Assembly (NCBI GenBank): GCA_018675335.1
Contig: JABGYH010000007.1
Span: 468,986 to 532,985, forward strand
Direction of reading: 5' to 3'
DNA from: Candidatus Woesearchaeota archaeon
Lineage (GTDB): Archaea > Nanobdellota > Nanobdellia > Woesearchaeales > UBA11576
DNA length: 64,000 nucleotides
Each line of letters opens with the position of its first letter. The stretch's first letter is position 1. Below are positions 41,725-52,273 of the stretch, piece by piece. Under the pieces are notes generated by a model. That model was not told where the DNA came from and searched no databases. It was given only the letters and a program-made list of their open reading frames with translations. Both the position numbers and the translations under genes were made by a program.

Positions 41725-42414
41725 ATGTATGGGAATAATTACGGTGGAAATAATGATAGGCGTGGAGGATTTCGCGCGCCTGTGGCTCCTGTGAGAGAAG
41801 GAGAAGAAGTTGATGTAAGAATTGAAGCAGTTGGAGAAAAAGGCGACGGCGTTGCAAAGAAAAAAGGATTTGTTCTTTTTATTCCTAACGCTCGTGAAGG
41901 TGATGAAGTTAGAGTTAAAATCACTAGAGTATTGAAAAAAGTAGGATTTGCTGAAGTTATAGGCCCGGCACAAGGACCGATTGATGAGGATCAACCACCT
42001 CAGAGAAGACCTAGAGAAGATAATCGACCTGTTGCTCAACCAGAACCAATGCGTGCATCAGTACCTTCACCTGAAGATACCGAAGATTTCGGAGATGAAC
42101 CTGAAGAATCTGCACCTGAAGAAGCTGCACCTGAAGAAGCTGCACCTGAAGAATCTGCACCTGAAGAAGCTGCACCTGAAGAAGCTGCACCTGAAGAAAT
42201 GCCTGCAGAAGTTCCAGTTGCAGAACCAGTTGAAGAAGTAAATTCTGAACCTGCTTTAGAAACTCCAGTTGAAGAAGCACCTGTAACAGAACCTGAAGCT
42301 GCACCTGAAGAAGTGCCTGCAGAAGAACCAGTTGCTGAAACTCCAGTTGATGATATGGAAATTCCACCTCCTCCATTAGATGATGAATCTGATGAAGAGA
42401 AAAAAGAAGAATAA
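41725..42414 (+). CDS. TRAM-domain protein with a long acidic Pro/Glu/Ala-rich C-terminal tail
   Basis: EVDVRIEAVGEKGDGVAKKKGFVLFIPNAREGDEVRVKITRVLKKVGFAEV is a TRAM OB fold. The tail is built of APEE[AS] repeats. ATG 41725 follows AGGTG. Confidence 0.75.
   Translation: MYGNNYGGNNDRRGGFRAPVAPVREGEEVDVRIEAVGEKGDGVAKKKGFVLFIPNAREGDEVRVKITRVLKKVGFAEVIGPAQGPIDEDQPPQRRPREDNRPVAQPEPMRASVPSPEDTEDFGDEPEESAPEEAAPEEAAPEESAPEEAAPEEAAPEEMPAEVPVAEPVEEVNSEPALETPVEEAPVTEPEAAPEEVPAEEPVAETPVDDMEIPPPPLDDESDEEKKEE
42109..42198 (+). repeat. Perfect 45-nt x 2 (15-nt x 6) coding tandem repeat
   Basis: tctgcacctgaagaagctgcacctgaagaagctgcacctgaagaa occurs twice back to back and encodes SAPEEAAPEEAAPEE x 2. Confidence 0.9.
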
Positions 42415-42771
42415 ATTTCTTTTTATTTTTTTATTTCTTATTTTTATTTTTTTTATTTTATTAATCTGGTAGATTTTCTTAACAAAAGTTTTATAAATAA
42501 TTGAAGCATACTTTATAATATGTTAAATAAAATTGTAATTAAACAATTTGAATTTTTCTTTTTCTTTAGCTTTTGCTAACTTCATAATTTCTAAAATAAG
42601 TTTCTTCAAACGCTTGGCTTGAAATCCAAAATAGCATGAAACAAAAATTAGAATTCAAATCAGAACAATAATTGATTCTAGAAAATTCTATGTTGATTTT
42701 ATTGAATGAATTTTTTTAAAATTAAAATTAAAACATAAAATAGCTTAAGCTATGCAGATTTGGAGGAAAAA

Positions 42772-43512
42772 ATGCAAAATCAAACAATTCAAGGAATAAA
42801 TTTAAGAGAAGAAAATTTGGAGGGTGCAGGTATTAGTTGTAATGAAATTAGCGACTTAATTCATGAATTAGTTAGCGAGTTAGAAACTCATGATTTGAGT
42901 GTTGAATTAGTAACGCCAAAAGAATTGCCAGGAGATCAACAAGATTTGTTAATTGATTTACTTTATGATGTCGCACTTGATTCATTTGGAAGATGGTTAC
43001 CGTATGAGGCCATAGATGGGAGAACAAGGGAAGCTGATTATGTTCTTTTACTTAAACGAGATGAAAGAGTAATTGGATACGCAGTAAATGAAGTTATGGA
43101 ACTCGCAGGAAAAACTGTTAATTATTATAACACTATTTTACTTCGACGAGAAATACAACATCAGGGAATTGCAGAACCCTTATTTAAATTAGAACTTGCT
43201 TTAGGGCCGTCAGATTATTTATTATCTCGAACACAAAATCCTGCGCTTTATCGAGCAATGGATAGATTATGTTCTCAAACAGGATATAAAATGCACCCTA
43301 ATGGAGTTGAAGTTCCTGAAGCATTAAAGAAAATAGTTTTAGCATATGATCCTGAAGTTGGAGCTGATCTTGTAAAGAGAGGAGTTTATTTTGGGCGTGC
43401 ACTGATGTATGATACTCCAAAACCTAAAACTGAAGAAGCACATATTTGGGAAAAATTAGGTGTTGAAAAAGGAGACGCTATAATGCTTGTTGCAGAACGA
43501 GTACAAAATTAA
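42772..43512 (+). CDS. Putative GNAT-family acetyltransferase
   Basis: GGAGG lies before ATG 42772. IGYAVNEV...LLRREIQHQGIAEPLF resembles the acetyl-CoA binding motif A (Q/R-x-x-G-x-A). Confidence 0.5.
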   Translation: MQNQTIQGINLREENLEGAGISCNEISDLIHELVSELETHDLSVELVTPKELPGDQQDLLIDLLYDVALDSFGRWLPYEAIDGRTREADYVLLLKRDERVIGYAVNEVMELAGKTVNYYNTILLRREIQHQGIAEPLFKLELALGPSDYLLSRTQNPALYRAMDRLCSQTGYKMHPNGVEVPEALKKIVLAYDPEVGADLVKRGVYFGRALMYDTPKPKTEEAHIWEKLGVEKGDAIMLVAERVQN

Positions 43513-43586
43513 ATTTAAAATAAGTTCGTTGGATGAATTTATTAAATAATTAAATTATTTTTTTTAGTTTTTTTTTTAGAATTATT

Positions 43587-43940
43587 TTATTTAACTCTTG
43601 AAATATAAAATGCAACATTTTGGTATTTTTGTTCTTTTTCTGAGTCATATCCTGAACTTGATTCAATCAAATCTTTTTTTGATTTCCATCTTGGGCCAAA
43701 ATATTTGAGCGGAGTGTCGTTTACTAATTCTTGCCAAGAAGAATATGTTTTAATATTTGTAACTCGAACTGTTATTGATTCTTCTAAATTGGGGCGTTTT
43801 TTGAATTCAATAATATCTCCAATGCTAATTTTACTTCTTTTTTCATCTAATAAACGTAATTCTACAAGTTTTAAGTCTGCAGCGATTTCATCAAAACAAA
43901 TTGATTCTAATCTCATTTGGTGTTCAGTTTGTTGAGTCAT
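43587..43940 (-). CDS. ASCH (ASC-1 homology) domain protein
   Basis: FDEIAADLKLVELRLLDEKRSKISIGDIIEF...ITVRVTNI is a typical ASCH/PUA-like pattern. Confidence 0.6.
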   Translation of the reverse strand: MTQQTEHQMRLESICFDEIAADLKLVELRLLDEKRSKISIGDIIEFKKRPNLEESITVRVTNIKTYSSWQELVNDTPLKYFGPRWKSKKDLIESSSGYDSEKEQKYQNVAFYISRVK

Positions 43941-44141
43941 TTTGGCTTGTGGTATGTATTGATTGTTTTTTAGCTGAGTTTAGTTTTAGGGGGATTATTT
44001 AAAAATGTTTTGGGAAATATTCAGAAAGGCATATAAATTAGAATAAATATGAATTTATGAATAATAGTTTTTTTAAATTATGTTTTAATTTATGATTTAA
44101 TAATATGATAATAATATTTTAATTATAATGGGTGAATAATC

Positions 44142-45221
44142 ATGGAAATTGAAGAAAAAATCAAACTTATCAAAGAAGTTGGAGAAGAAATCATTAATGA
44201 AGATGAATTAAGAGAATTACTCCAAAATAAAGAACATCCAATAGCATATGATGGTTTTGAACCTAGCGGGCGAATACATATTGCTCAAGGACTTCTTCGT
44301 TCAATAAATGTTAATAAATTAACTAAAGCAGGAATTCATTTTAAATTCTGGGTTGCTGATTGGTTTGCACTTATGAATAATAAAATGGGTGGCGACTTAG
44401 AAAAAATTAGAACTGTTGGTGAATATTTCATTGAAGTTTGGAAAGCTTGCGGAATGGATTTAACCCATGTAGAATTTTTATGGGCATCTGAAAATATGGG
44501 TCAAGATTATTGGCTAAGAGTAATAAAAATTGGAACATTAAATACTGTTACAAGAATTACTAGATGTTCACAAATTATGGGTCGAAATGAAAAAGATTCA
44601 TTAAGTGCTGCGCAAATATTTTATCCTTGCATGCAATGTTCTGACATTTTCCATCTAGATGCAGACATAACTCAATTAGGGATGGATCAAAGAAAAGTAA
44701 ATGTACTTGCTCGCGAAGTAGCACCAAAATTAGGACATAAAAAACCTGTGGTTATATCTCATCATATGTTAATGGGACTTACTCCTCCTGCAGATCTTGG
44801 TTCGGACGTGAGTGGCGCTGATGCAAGTATTGCAAAAAAGATGTCGAAATCAAATCCGGATTCTGCAATTTTTATGACTGATACTTTTGATGAAATAAAA
44901 AGAAAATTTAAAAAAGCATATTGTCCAGAAGGAGAAGTTAAGGATAATCCAGTATTAGAATATTGTAAATATATTATTTTTGAAAAAATTGAGGAATTTG
45001 TTATTGAACGTCCAGAAAAATGGGGGGGAAATATGCAATTTAATTCATATGCTGATTTAGAAGCTGCATTTGTAAAAAAAGAATTACATCCAATGGATTT
45101 GAAAACTGCAGCAGCAAAATATATTGATTCATTAATTGATCCAGTAAGAAAACATTTTGAAACTGATGAGAAGGCAAAACAGCTTCTTGAGAAAGTTGAA
45201 AGTTATATTGTTACTAGGTAA
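44142..45221 (+). CDS. tyrS: Tyrosine--tRNA ligase (archaeal type)
   Basis: YDGFEPSGRIHIAQG (HIGH region), KMSKS, and AYCPEGEVKDNPVLEY...RPEKWGG...ELHPMDLK closely follow the M. jannaschii TyrRS pattern. GGGTGA SD at 44130-44135. Confidence 0.9.
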   Translation: MEIEEKIKLIKEVGEEIINEDELRELLQNKEHPIAYDGFEPSGRIHIAQGLLRSINVNKLTKAGIHFKFWVADWFALMNNKMGGDLEKIRTVGEYFIEVWKACGMDLTHVEFLWASENMGQDYWLRVIKIGTLNTVTRITRCSQIMGRNEKDSLSAAQIFYPCMQCSDIFHLDADITQLGMDQRKVNVLAREVAPKLGHKKPVVISHHMLMGLTPPADLGSDVSGADASIAKKMSKSNPDSAIFMTDTFDEIKRKFKKAYCPEGEVKDNPVLEYCKYIIFEKIEEFVIERPEKWGGNMQFNSYADLEAAFVKKELHPMDLKTAAAKYIDSLIDPVRKHFETDEKAKQLLEKVESYIVTR

Positions 45222-45244
45222 ATATTATATGGTGAATAATTAAA

Positions 45245-46348
45245 ATGAAATCATTAAAAGAAAAAATAAATCAATTTCAGAAGTATTTATGTGCTGAAGG
45301 TATTAAGTATTCTCTGTTTATTAATATGGATGATGACAAATTTGATCCTAATTTTTTTTATTTAAGTGGTTTTAGGGGCTATGGATTATTAGTTGTAGGT
45401 CAAAAAGGTAAATTGAAATTATACGTAAATTCGATGGAATATTTGCGTGCAAAGAAATCATATCCTTGGGTTTCGGTTGTTAAATGTTCCAATAGTTTAA
45501 TTAAACAAATAAAAAAAGATTTTAAAATTGGGAAGCGAGACAAACTAGGAGTTGATTTGAGTGCTTTAACTTGTGTTGCTTTAAATAAATTAAAACAAGC
45601 AGTTACTTGTGAGTTTCGAGATGTTTCAACTGCACTAGTTTGTTTAAGAAAAACTAAAACTTCACAAGAAATTATTAAAATTAAAAAAGCATGTAAAATA
45701 ACAGATGAAATTATGCAATCTATGTTTTGGAATTTTAAAAAATTTAAAACTGAAACTGATGTTGAAGCATTTTTGGTGAGTTGTGCGATTTCTCGAGGAG
45801 TAGAATTATCTTTTAAACCAATAGTTATGGCTGGAAAACAAGGGATGCCGCATTTTAAAGCGCGAAATGTTAAACTTTGCAAAGGATTTTTAGTAATTGA
45901 TTTTGGAATTAGAGTTGATGGCTATTGTTCTGATATGACTAGAACAATTTATTTGGGAACTCCATTAGTTAAGGAAGTTGAACTTTATTATTTAATTTTG
46001 AATACGCAACAAAAATCAATTGAATCAGTTTCTAAAGGAATTCATTTTTTAGAACTTCATGAAAATGCAGCATCTTTTTTAGGCAAATATTCAAATAAAT
46101 TTATTCATGGTTTAGGGCATGGTGTGGGAATACAAATTCATGAAGCACCTCATGTAAAACCAAAAAAAGGAATTGATCCTAAAAATGCTTTAGGTGACAT
46201 GTTGGAAAAAGGAGACATAATTACCATTGAACCTGGAATTTATGCTCCTGGAAAATATTCAATAAGAATAGAAGATACAATACTAGTTACAGAAAACGGT
46301 TGTGAAATTTTAACGAAAACTGGGAAAAACTTATTGATAATCAAATAA
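45245..46348 (+). CDS. Xaa-Pro aminopeptidase/dipeptidase (peptidase M24B)
   Basis: Metal-ligand blocks VIDFGIRVDGYCSDMTRT, HGLGHGVGIQIHEAP, IEPGIY and IRIEDT. Confidence 0.85.
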   Translation: MKSLKEKINQFQKYLCAEGIKYSLFINMDDDKFDPNFFYLSGFRGYGLLVVGQKGKLKLYVNSMEYLRAKKSYPWVSVVKCSNSLIKQIKKDFKIGKRDKLGVDLSALTCVALNKLKQAVTCEFRDVSTALVCLRKTKTSQEIIKIKKACKITDEIMQSMFWNFKKFKTETDVEAFLVSCAISRGVELSFKPIVMAGKQGMPHFKARNVKLCKGFLVIDFGIRVDGYCSDMTRTIYLGTPLVKEVELYYLILNTQQKSIESVSKGIHFLELHENAASFLGKYSNKFIHGLGHGVGIQIHEAPHVKPKKGIDPKNALGDMLEKGDIITIEPGIYAPGKYSIRIEDTILVTENGCEILTKTGKNLLIIK

Positions 46349-46394
46349 AAATAAATTTAAAAATATTTTTTTAATTATGATTTTTTTTTTAAAA

Positions 46395-47453
46395 TTAAAA
46401 TTTTCCATTCTTCTGAAATAGTTTACCGTCGAGATAAATTTCTCCTTGTTCGCGCATATCTTTAATCATATCCCAATGAAGCATTGATTTATTTGTTCCA
46501 TTTGCATCTTCAAAAGACATACCCAAAGCAAGATGAATTGTTCCGCCAATTTTTTCATCAAATAATATTTGTTTAGTAAATTGAGTAATTCCAAAATTTA
46601 GTCCAATTCCAAATTCTCCAAGATATTTCGCACCGCTATCGATATTAATCATTTTTGTAAGCAATGTTTGATTTTTGGTCGCTGTAGCTTTGATTACTTT
46701 TCCGTCTTTGAATTCTAATTTAATTCCTTCTACTTCTTTTCCTTCATAAATTGCAGGAAATGAATATTCAATAAAACCTTGAGTAGTTTTTTCTAAAGGG
46801 CATACATAAACTTCTCCATCAGGCATATTACATTGGCCATAACACATAACTGCTGGACGATCTTTTATTGAAAAAGAAATATCAGTATTTTTTCCAATAA
46901 TTCTGACTTGTTTTGCACTATCCAGGCGTTGTTTAATCTTTTTTTGAAGAACTTTCATTTTATTCCAATCAACATTAACTGCTGAAAAAACAAAATCTTC
47001 ATATTCTTCTAACGACATTTCTGCATCTTGAGCGAGTGCATTAGTTGGAAATTTAGTAAGGACCCAATCATTTTTTAACCAAATCTTTTTTATTGGGAAA
47101 AATGATTTTCTAAATTTTGATAACGTATCATTTGAAATATTTGAAAACTCACGAGTATTATATTCTCCACCAATGCGAATAATTTTATTTGTTTCTTTCG
47201 CTTCTAATAAATCAACTTTTGAAGTCTTTGTTAGTGCAGTCTCTCCCGCATATTTAAGAAATGTATGTTGAAAATTAGGCAAATTGGGTTTTAGTCTAAC
47301 TATTGCTTTGTTTTTTAATGCAAGTTTGTAACATTCTAGTGCAAGTGGGCTTGCATTCGAATCAAAAATAATCAAAACATTATCATTTTTTTTAATTCTT
47401 GTAGAATAATTAACAAGAATATCTGCAAATTGTTTAATTCTTGGATCGGTCAT
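46395..47453 (-). CDS. Aminopeptidase, M29 (AmpS/PepS) family
   Basis: NMPDGEVY, GEFGIGLN, GGTIHLALG and MLHWDMI blocks. Confidence 0.8.
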   Translation of the reverse strand: MTDPRIKQFADILVNYSTRIKKNDNVLIIFDSNASPLALECYKLALKNKAIVRLKPNLPNFQHTFLKYAGETALTKTSKVDLLEAKETNKIIRIGGEYNTREFSNISNDTLSKFRKSFFPIKKIWLKNDWVLTKFPTNALAQDAEMSLEEYEDFVFSAVNVDWNKMKVLQKKIKQRLDSAKQVRIIGKNTDISFSIKDRPAVMCYGQCNMPDGEVYVCPLEKTTQGFIEYSFPAIYEGKEVEGIKLEFKDGKVIKATATKNQTLLTKMINIDSGAKYLGEFGIGLNFGITQFTKQILFDEKIGGTIHLALGMSFEDANGTNKSMLHWDMIKDMREQGEIYLDGKLFQKNGKF

Positions 47454-47719
47454 ATTAATTTGGAGTTTGTTAAAATATATAAATGTTATTTACTTAATTT
47501 CCTTTTTTTGATTTTGTTTATTCAGGAGTATTTATGTGCTTTTATTTATTTAATCTTATTTATTCAGGATTATTTATTTGATTTTATTTGTTAATGAATA
47601 TTTTCTTGAATGATTTATTTGGATTATGGGTTTAAATGGATGAAGTTATATTTGTGGATGGTGCCTCCACATAATTTAAAAACACAAGGTTTAAATATTA
47701 CTGAGCAGAAATTAAGACG

Positions 47720-48892
47720 ATGGCAACAAAAAAACAAACAATAAAATCCCGTCAAATAAAAGATGAAGCAGTAATACAAGCTTTGATGGGAGGTTATACT
47801 GAAAGTTCATTATTAGAGCGAGAAAATAAATTGCTAAAAGAAACAGTTAACCATCTAAAAAAAGAATTAGATAGGTATCAACACCCTCCACTATTAGTTG
47901 CTGAAGTTCGTGATTTGATGGGTGATAATGCAGTTTTAAAATTAAATAATGGAAATGAGTTCTATGTATCTGTAAATTCAAATTTAAAAGATTTAACGTC
48001 TGGTGATGCAGTGTTAGTTGAACAAAAAAATCTTACCATTGTAAAAAAAATTCCAGTTACTAAATCATTCAATGTAGAAAAATTTGTGATTGTTGAAAAA
48101 CCAAACATAAGTTGGTCAAAAATTGGCGGGTTAGAACAACAAAGAAATGAATTACAAGAAGTAGTTGAATTACCTTTGAAAAAACCTGAATTATTTAAAA
48201 AAGTAGGAATTCAACCTCCTAAAGGAATATTATTATATGGTCCTCCTGGAACTGGAAAAACATTACTTGCAAAAGCCGTAGCATCCAGTACTGATTCAAA
48301 CTTTATTGAAGTTGTAGGAAGTGAACTTGTACAAAAATTTATTGGAGAAGGTGCAAAATTAATTAAAGAAATATTTCAATTGGCTAGAGATAAAGCTCCT
48401 TCAATTATTTTTATTGATGAAATTGACGCACTTGCTTCTAGAAGAATTGATATTGGAACTAGTGGGGAGAGAGAAGTTCAAAGAACATTTATGCAACTTC
48501 TTGCAGAAATTGATGGATTCAAACCATTAGGTGATGTAAAAATTATTGGTTGTACCAATCGAAAAGATATTTTAGATCTTGCAATAACTAGGCCAGGTAG
48601 GTTTGATAGATTAATTGAAGTACCACTTCCTAACGCTGAAGGTGTTGAACAAATATTTAAAATTCATACAAAAAATATGACTCTTGACTCTAAAATTAAA
48701 TTAAAAGAACTTAATAAAAAATTAGTAGGATATAGTGGTGCGGAAATAAAAGCAGTTTGTACTGAAGCAGGATATTTTGCAATTCGTGCTAATAGAACAA
48801 AGATATTAGCAAAAGATTTTGATGAAGCACTTATTAAAGTTCAACGTGAAGAAGAACTTGAGGGTGACGACTATATGAAAATGTTTGGTTAA
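47720..48892 (+). CDS. pan: Proteasome-activating nucleotidase (AAA+ ATPase PAN)
   Basis: N-terminal coiled coil and OB domain. Walker A GPPGTGKT, Walker B IIFIDEIDA, second region of homology, and a C-terminal hydrophobic-Tyr-X-like end (YMKMFG). Confidence 0.9.
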   Translation: MATKKQTIKSRQIKDEAVIQALMGGYTESSLLERENKLLKETVNHLKKELDRYQHPPLLVAEVRDLMGDNAVLKLNNGNEFYVSVNSNLKDLTSGDAVLVEQKNLTIVKKIPVTKSFNVEKFVIVEKPNISWSKIGGLEQQRNELQEVVELPLKKPELFKKVGIQPPKGILLYGPPGTGKTLLAKAVASSTDSNFIEVVGSELVQKFIGEGAKLIKEIFQLARDKAPSIIFIDEIDALASRRIDIGTSGEREVQRTFMQLLAEIDGFKPLGDVKIIGCTNRKDILDLAITRPGRFDRLIEVPLPNAEGVEQIFKIHTKNMTLDSKIKLKELNKKLVGYSGAEIKAVCTEAGYFAIRANRTKILAKDFDEALIKVQREEELEGDDYMKMFG

Positions 48893-49156
48893 GGTTGTCG
48901 TAATATTTTATTTTTTTTTACTTCTTTTATTATTTCTTTGATTGATAATATCTTGTTTGATTGTTGGAATTCTATCAAAATCATTTATAAACCTTTTTTA
49001 AATCAATTTATGTATTTTTAAACCCGTATTTTATAACTTCAAAAGATTTAAATAAATGGTAAAATTCTTTAAAATAGAAAAAACCTAAAATATAGGATTA
49101 ATAGATGATTTAGATTATTTTAATCAAGTTTCAAACATAAAACGGGGGTTTACCAC

Positions 49157-49900
49157 ATGAAATTAAGTTTAGCTGAACCAAACTATCTAAAAGATAGCGT
49201 ATCAATTATTTCTGAGCTTGTAAATGAAGCATCATTCAAATTCACACCAAATTCAATAGAACTTATTGCTATGGATCCTGCAAATGTCGCAATGGTCATA
49301 TTTAAGTTATTGAGCAGTGCATTTGTTGAATACAAGGTAGAAAAAGAAACAGATATTGCTATTAATTTGAACAATCTTAAACAAATTTTAAGAAGAGCAA
49401 AATCTAGTGATACATTAGATTTAGAAATTGAAGAAAGTAAATTAAAAATTACTCTAAGAGGAAAAAGTACTAGAAAATTCTTCTTACCAATTATTGACTT
49501 AGAAGAAAAAGAACAAAGAATTCCTGACCTAAATTTTCCTGTCGAAATTGTAACTCAAACAAATATACTAAATGATGCAATTGAAGATGTAGATGTTGTT
49601 GCAGAAAGCGTAAGTTTCATGGCCGAAAATAATACATTTATTGTAAAAGCAGAAGGAGATTTAAGTAAAGCACAAATTGAAATTCCAGGAGATGAAGCTA
49701 CTCGTATTAATGTAACATCTGATGATAAAATAAAAGCAAAATATTCTATTGAATATTTGAAAAAAATGATTAATGCATCAAAACTTGCAGATACAGTAAC
49801 AATTCGGTTTAATAAAGATTATCCGTTAAAACTCGATTATGTAAGTATTGATAAAATTTTCATAAGTTTTATTTTAGCTCCAAGAGTTGAGAACGAATAA
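49157..49900 (+). CDS. pcn: DNA polymerase sliding clamp PCNA
   Basis: 247 aa. The pattern LKDSVSIISELVNEASFKFTPNSIELIAMDPANVAMV...YPLKLDY is typical of archaeal PCNA. Confidence 0.88.
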   Translation: MKLSLAEPNYLKDSVSIISELVNEASFKFTPNSIELIAMDPANVAMVIFKLLSSAFVEYKVEKETDIAINLNNLKQILRRAKSSDTLDLEIEESKLKITLRGKSTRKFFLPIIDLEEKEQRIPDLNFPVEIVTQTNILNDAIEDVDVVAESVSFMAENNTFIVKAEGDLSKAQIEIPGDEATRINVTSDDKIKAKYSIEYLKKMINASKLADTVTIRFNKDYPLKLDYVSIDKIFISFILAPRVENE

Positions 49901-49990
49901 ACATTTAATTTTAAATAATTTATTTTTTTATATTGTTTTTTCTTTTTGTATCTATTTTAAAATTTTTAATATTTGGTTTAAGGTTGAAAC

Positions 49991-50419
49991 ATGAATATCT
50001 CAGATGATTTATTACTTGTGAAAGATCAATCATTTAGACTTATTTGTGAAAATGAATATGCAATTTGTTTTCACGATTTTAAGGCAATTCATTTTGGACA
50101 TTGCGTCGTGATGCTTAAACGACGAGTTAAACATCTTTTTGAACTTAATATGCATGAAAGTAAAGCTTTTTTTGAACTCATTGAAAAAGCAAGTGAGTTG
50201 GTAGCTAAGGCAACTGGTAAAAATGTGATTGTTTTGAAAAATATGGGCGAGTTCATATCCCATAAAGAACAGGTTCATTTTCATATTCTTCCTTCTGATT
50301 ACAAATTTGGCGATATGTATTTCACAATGCACGTTGTAAAAAAAATTGAAAAAAGAGATCGAAAGTTATGGACAAAAGAAGAATTGACAAAAGTTTCCGA
50401 AAAAATTAGAAATGTCTAA
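49991..50419 (+). CDS. HIT-family hydrolase
   Basis: Histidine triad QVHFHILP. Size is about 140 aa. Confidence 0.7.
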   Translation: MNISDDLLLVKDQSFRLICENEYAICFHDFKAIHFGHCVVMLKRRVKHLFELNMHESKAFFELIEKASELVAKATGKNVIVLKNMGEFISHKEQVHFHILPSDYKFGDMYFTMHVVKKIEKRDRKLWTKEELTKVSEKIRNV

Positions 50420-50499
50420 AATCGTTAAGCATATTTAATTTGGTCTTGGTGAGTTGTTACTTGCATATTTTGTTTTGTTTTTTAATTTTGACATTGTTT

Positions 50500-50757
50500 T
50501 TATTCGTCTACTTTTTGTTCTAGGTTTGATTTTTGCACAGGTTCAAATTGATGTTGTGCTTTTATGGACCCATAAAAATATCCTCCTGCAAATGCTAAAA
50601 GTGTAAGTCCTATTGTTGTAGGAGTGTATTCAGTATTAAATAATCCATATGCTGATGCACAAATACCTCCCGCAGCAACATATCCTACTGCGACATCTGT
50701 GATTGTCATATGCCTTTCTTTAGTTCTATTTATTTCATATTGGTTTTTTTTCTTCAT
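50500..50757 (-). CDS. Small membrane protein (two TM helices)
   Basis: An 85-aa ORF with VAVGYVAAGGICASAYGLF and LTLLAFAGGYFYG helices. Confidence 0.45.
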   Translation of the reverse strand: MKKKNQYEINRTKERHMTITDVAVGYVAAGGICASAYGLFNTEYTPTTIGLTLLAFAGGYFYGSIKAQHQFEPVQKSNLEQKVDE

Positions 50758-50882
50758 AATTTTTCCTTGTGATAATTTATTAATAAAAAGAATAAGCTAG
50801 CACAAGTTTAATTAATTGAGTGTACGCATTTATTGTTAAATGTAAACTTTATTTTGTTAGAATTATTGTGGTTTTATCGAAT

Positions 50883-52160
50883 TTAACTTCTAGAACCAAC
50901 GCCTGTGGAACCTTGATAATGACTTTTTAATTCGTCAGATCCATATGATCTTAAAACGGGTTGGTCATATTTATGAATGAGTCCTAACCCTATTGGAGTT
51001 CCTTTCTTAACCATTAATGGGAACTTTCGTCTTACTGGATGAGCAGTCACAAATCCTTGATAACCGGGATCAACCCAACCCGCACAAGCAGTATGATGAT
51101 CAACAAAAATCATTGAAGGATCAGGTCTAGTCTGAGGTCCGATTTTAGGATCATATCTATGAACAAACGGAATTTGGTGAAGAATTTGAATTCCAACATC
51201 CCCTGAAAGATCAAATTTAGGATGAATTTGACACACTGAAAATAAATTAGTTGTATTAATTAATTCAGGAGTTGTGGCTATTTTTTTGTATAAAACATCT
51301 GAAGCGGGTTTATTTTCAGTATCTATTGGACCAATATTTTCGTTAAATCTAAGAATATGATCTCCAACAGTTAATAAAATATATGGGCCATACATTTCAA
51401 AATCTGTTGTACAAACAGTTCTTGCTATTTCTTCTGCTTCTTTTGGATCAGTAACTACATATCCATCTGCTAATTCTTCGGTTTTAGGATAAAAAAATAA
51501 TTGACCAAATTTAGACTGACCATAAAGAATTATTGAATTGGGATTATTGTTTCGTAAAGAAACAAATGGGCCTTCATCTGATTGTTGTAACATCATGCTA
51601 TCAAGAGTTAAACCTAATCTTCCTCTACTACTTCTAAGATCTAATTGGACACTAAACTCTCTTGGATCGAAATCAATTGATTCGTGAAAGTATAATTCCG
51701 CATAACAACCTGGCGGAAGAGTTATTGGGATATCTTTTTGATTTGGGAGTATAACTGCAAACTCATCTGTAGGTTCTGCATCAATTATGTGTAAAGGTAA
51801 CATTTTACAATCTTCCCATGAATCTCCCATTGATTGTCTCGTTGTTTGATCTAAGTATTCTCTAACACCTAAGCTTAAATGGGTTTTAGCCATTGCTTCA
51901 CCATCAAAAACTTTAACTTTTCCAATTCGCACATCTAATGAAGCAGGTTGGATTTGATCAGTAGTTGGAGTTGGAGTTATTTTGATTTTTCTAGATTTAA
52001 TTGCTGCAATTAGACCTCTATCGCTAAGTAAATATTGAGCTAGTATTGCTGGAACTGGATCATTAGGTAAAATGGGTGTAATCATATGATTGGAAATGGA
52101 AGTGGTATTTATAAAAATTATTGGTGTTTGGTTATTATTATAGTTTAGTTTGATTAGCAT
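50883..52160 (-). CDS. dCTP deaminase-like protein (long two-lobed DCD family)
   Basis: LLSDRGLIAAIKSRKIKI...IQPASLDVRIG matches the dCTP deaminase/dUTPase-fold N-terminal signature. The true start may be the internal MITPILP at 52085. Confidence 0.6.
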   Translation of the reverse strand: MLIKLNYNNNQTPIIFINTTSISNHMITPILPNDPVPAILAQYLLSDRGLIAAIKSRKIKITPTPTTDQIQPASLDVRIGKVKVFDGEAMAKTHLSLGVREYLDQTTRQSMGDSWEDCKMLPLHIIDAEPTDEFAVILPNQKDIPITLPPGCYAELYFHESIDFDPREFSVQLDLRSSRGRLGLTLDSMMLQQSDEGPFVSLRNNNPNSIILYGQSKFGQLFFYPKTEELADGYVVTDPKEAEEIARTVCTTDFEMYGPYILLTVGDHILRFNENIGPIDTENKPASDVLYKKIATTPELINTTNLFSVCQIHPKFDLSGDVGIQILHQIPFVHRYDPKIGPQTRPDPSMIFVDHHTACAGWVDPGYQGFVTAHPVRRKFPLMVKKGTPIGLGLIHKYDQPVLRSYGSDELKSHYQGSTGVGSRS

Positions 52161-52273
52161 ATTTTTTTGAAGTTTTGTTTAAATTTTTGATTTAAATTGA
52201 TTTTATTTGGTTTAAAAAAGAAATATTTAAATTTGATAAAAAAATAATCCAAAAAAAGAGGTGTGAAACTGGT

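Noticed and set aside
41716-42376. Alternative-frame ORFs (107, 61, 86 and 121 aa) over the TRAM gene
   Set aside because: They are generated by the low-complexity gaa/gca/cct repeat, giving LQV/LKK-type translations. The TRAM frame has a recognisable domain and an SD.
45400-45882. 160-aa minus-strand ORF
   Set aside because: It lies entirely inside the M24B aminopeptidase gene, whose + frame carries all metal-ligand blocks. The antisense product has no motif and is a likely shadow ORF in AT-rich DNA.
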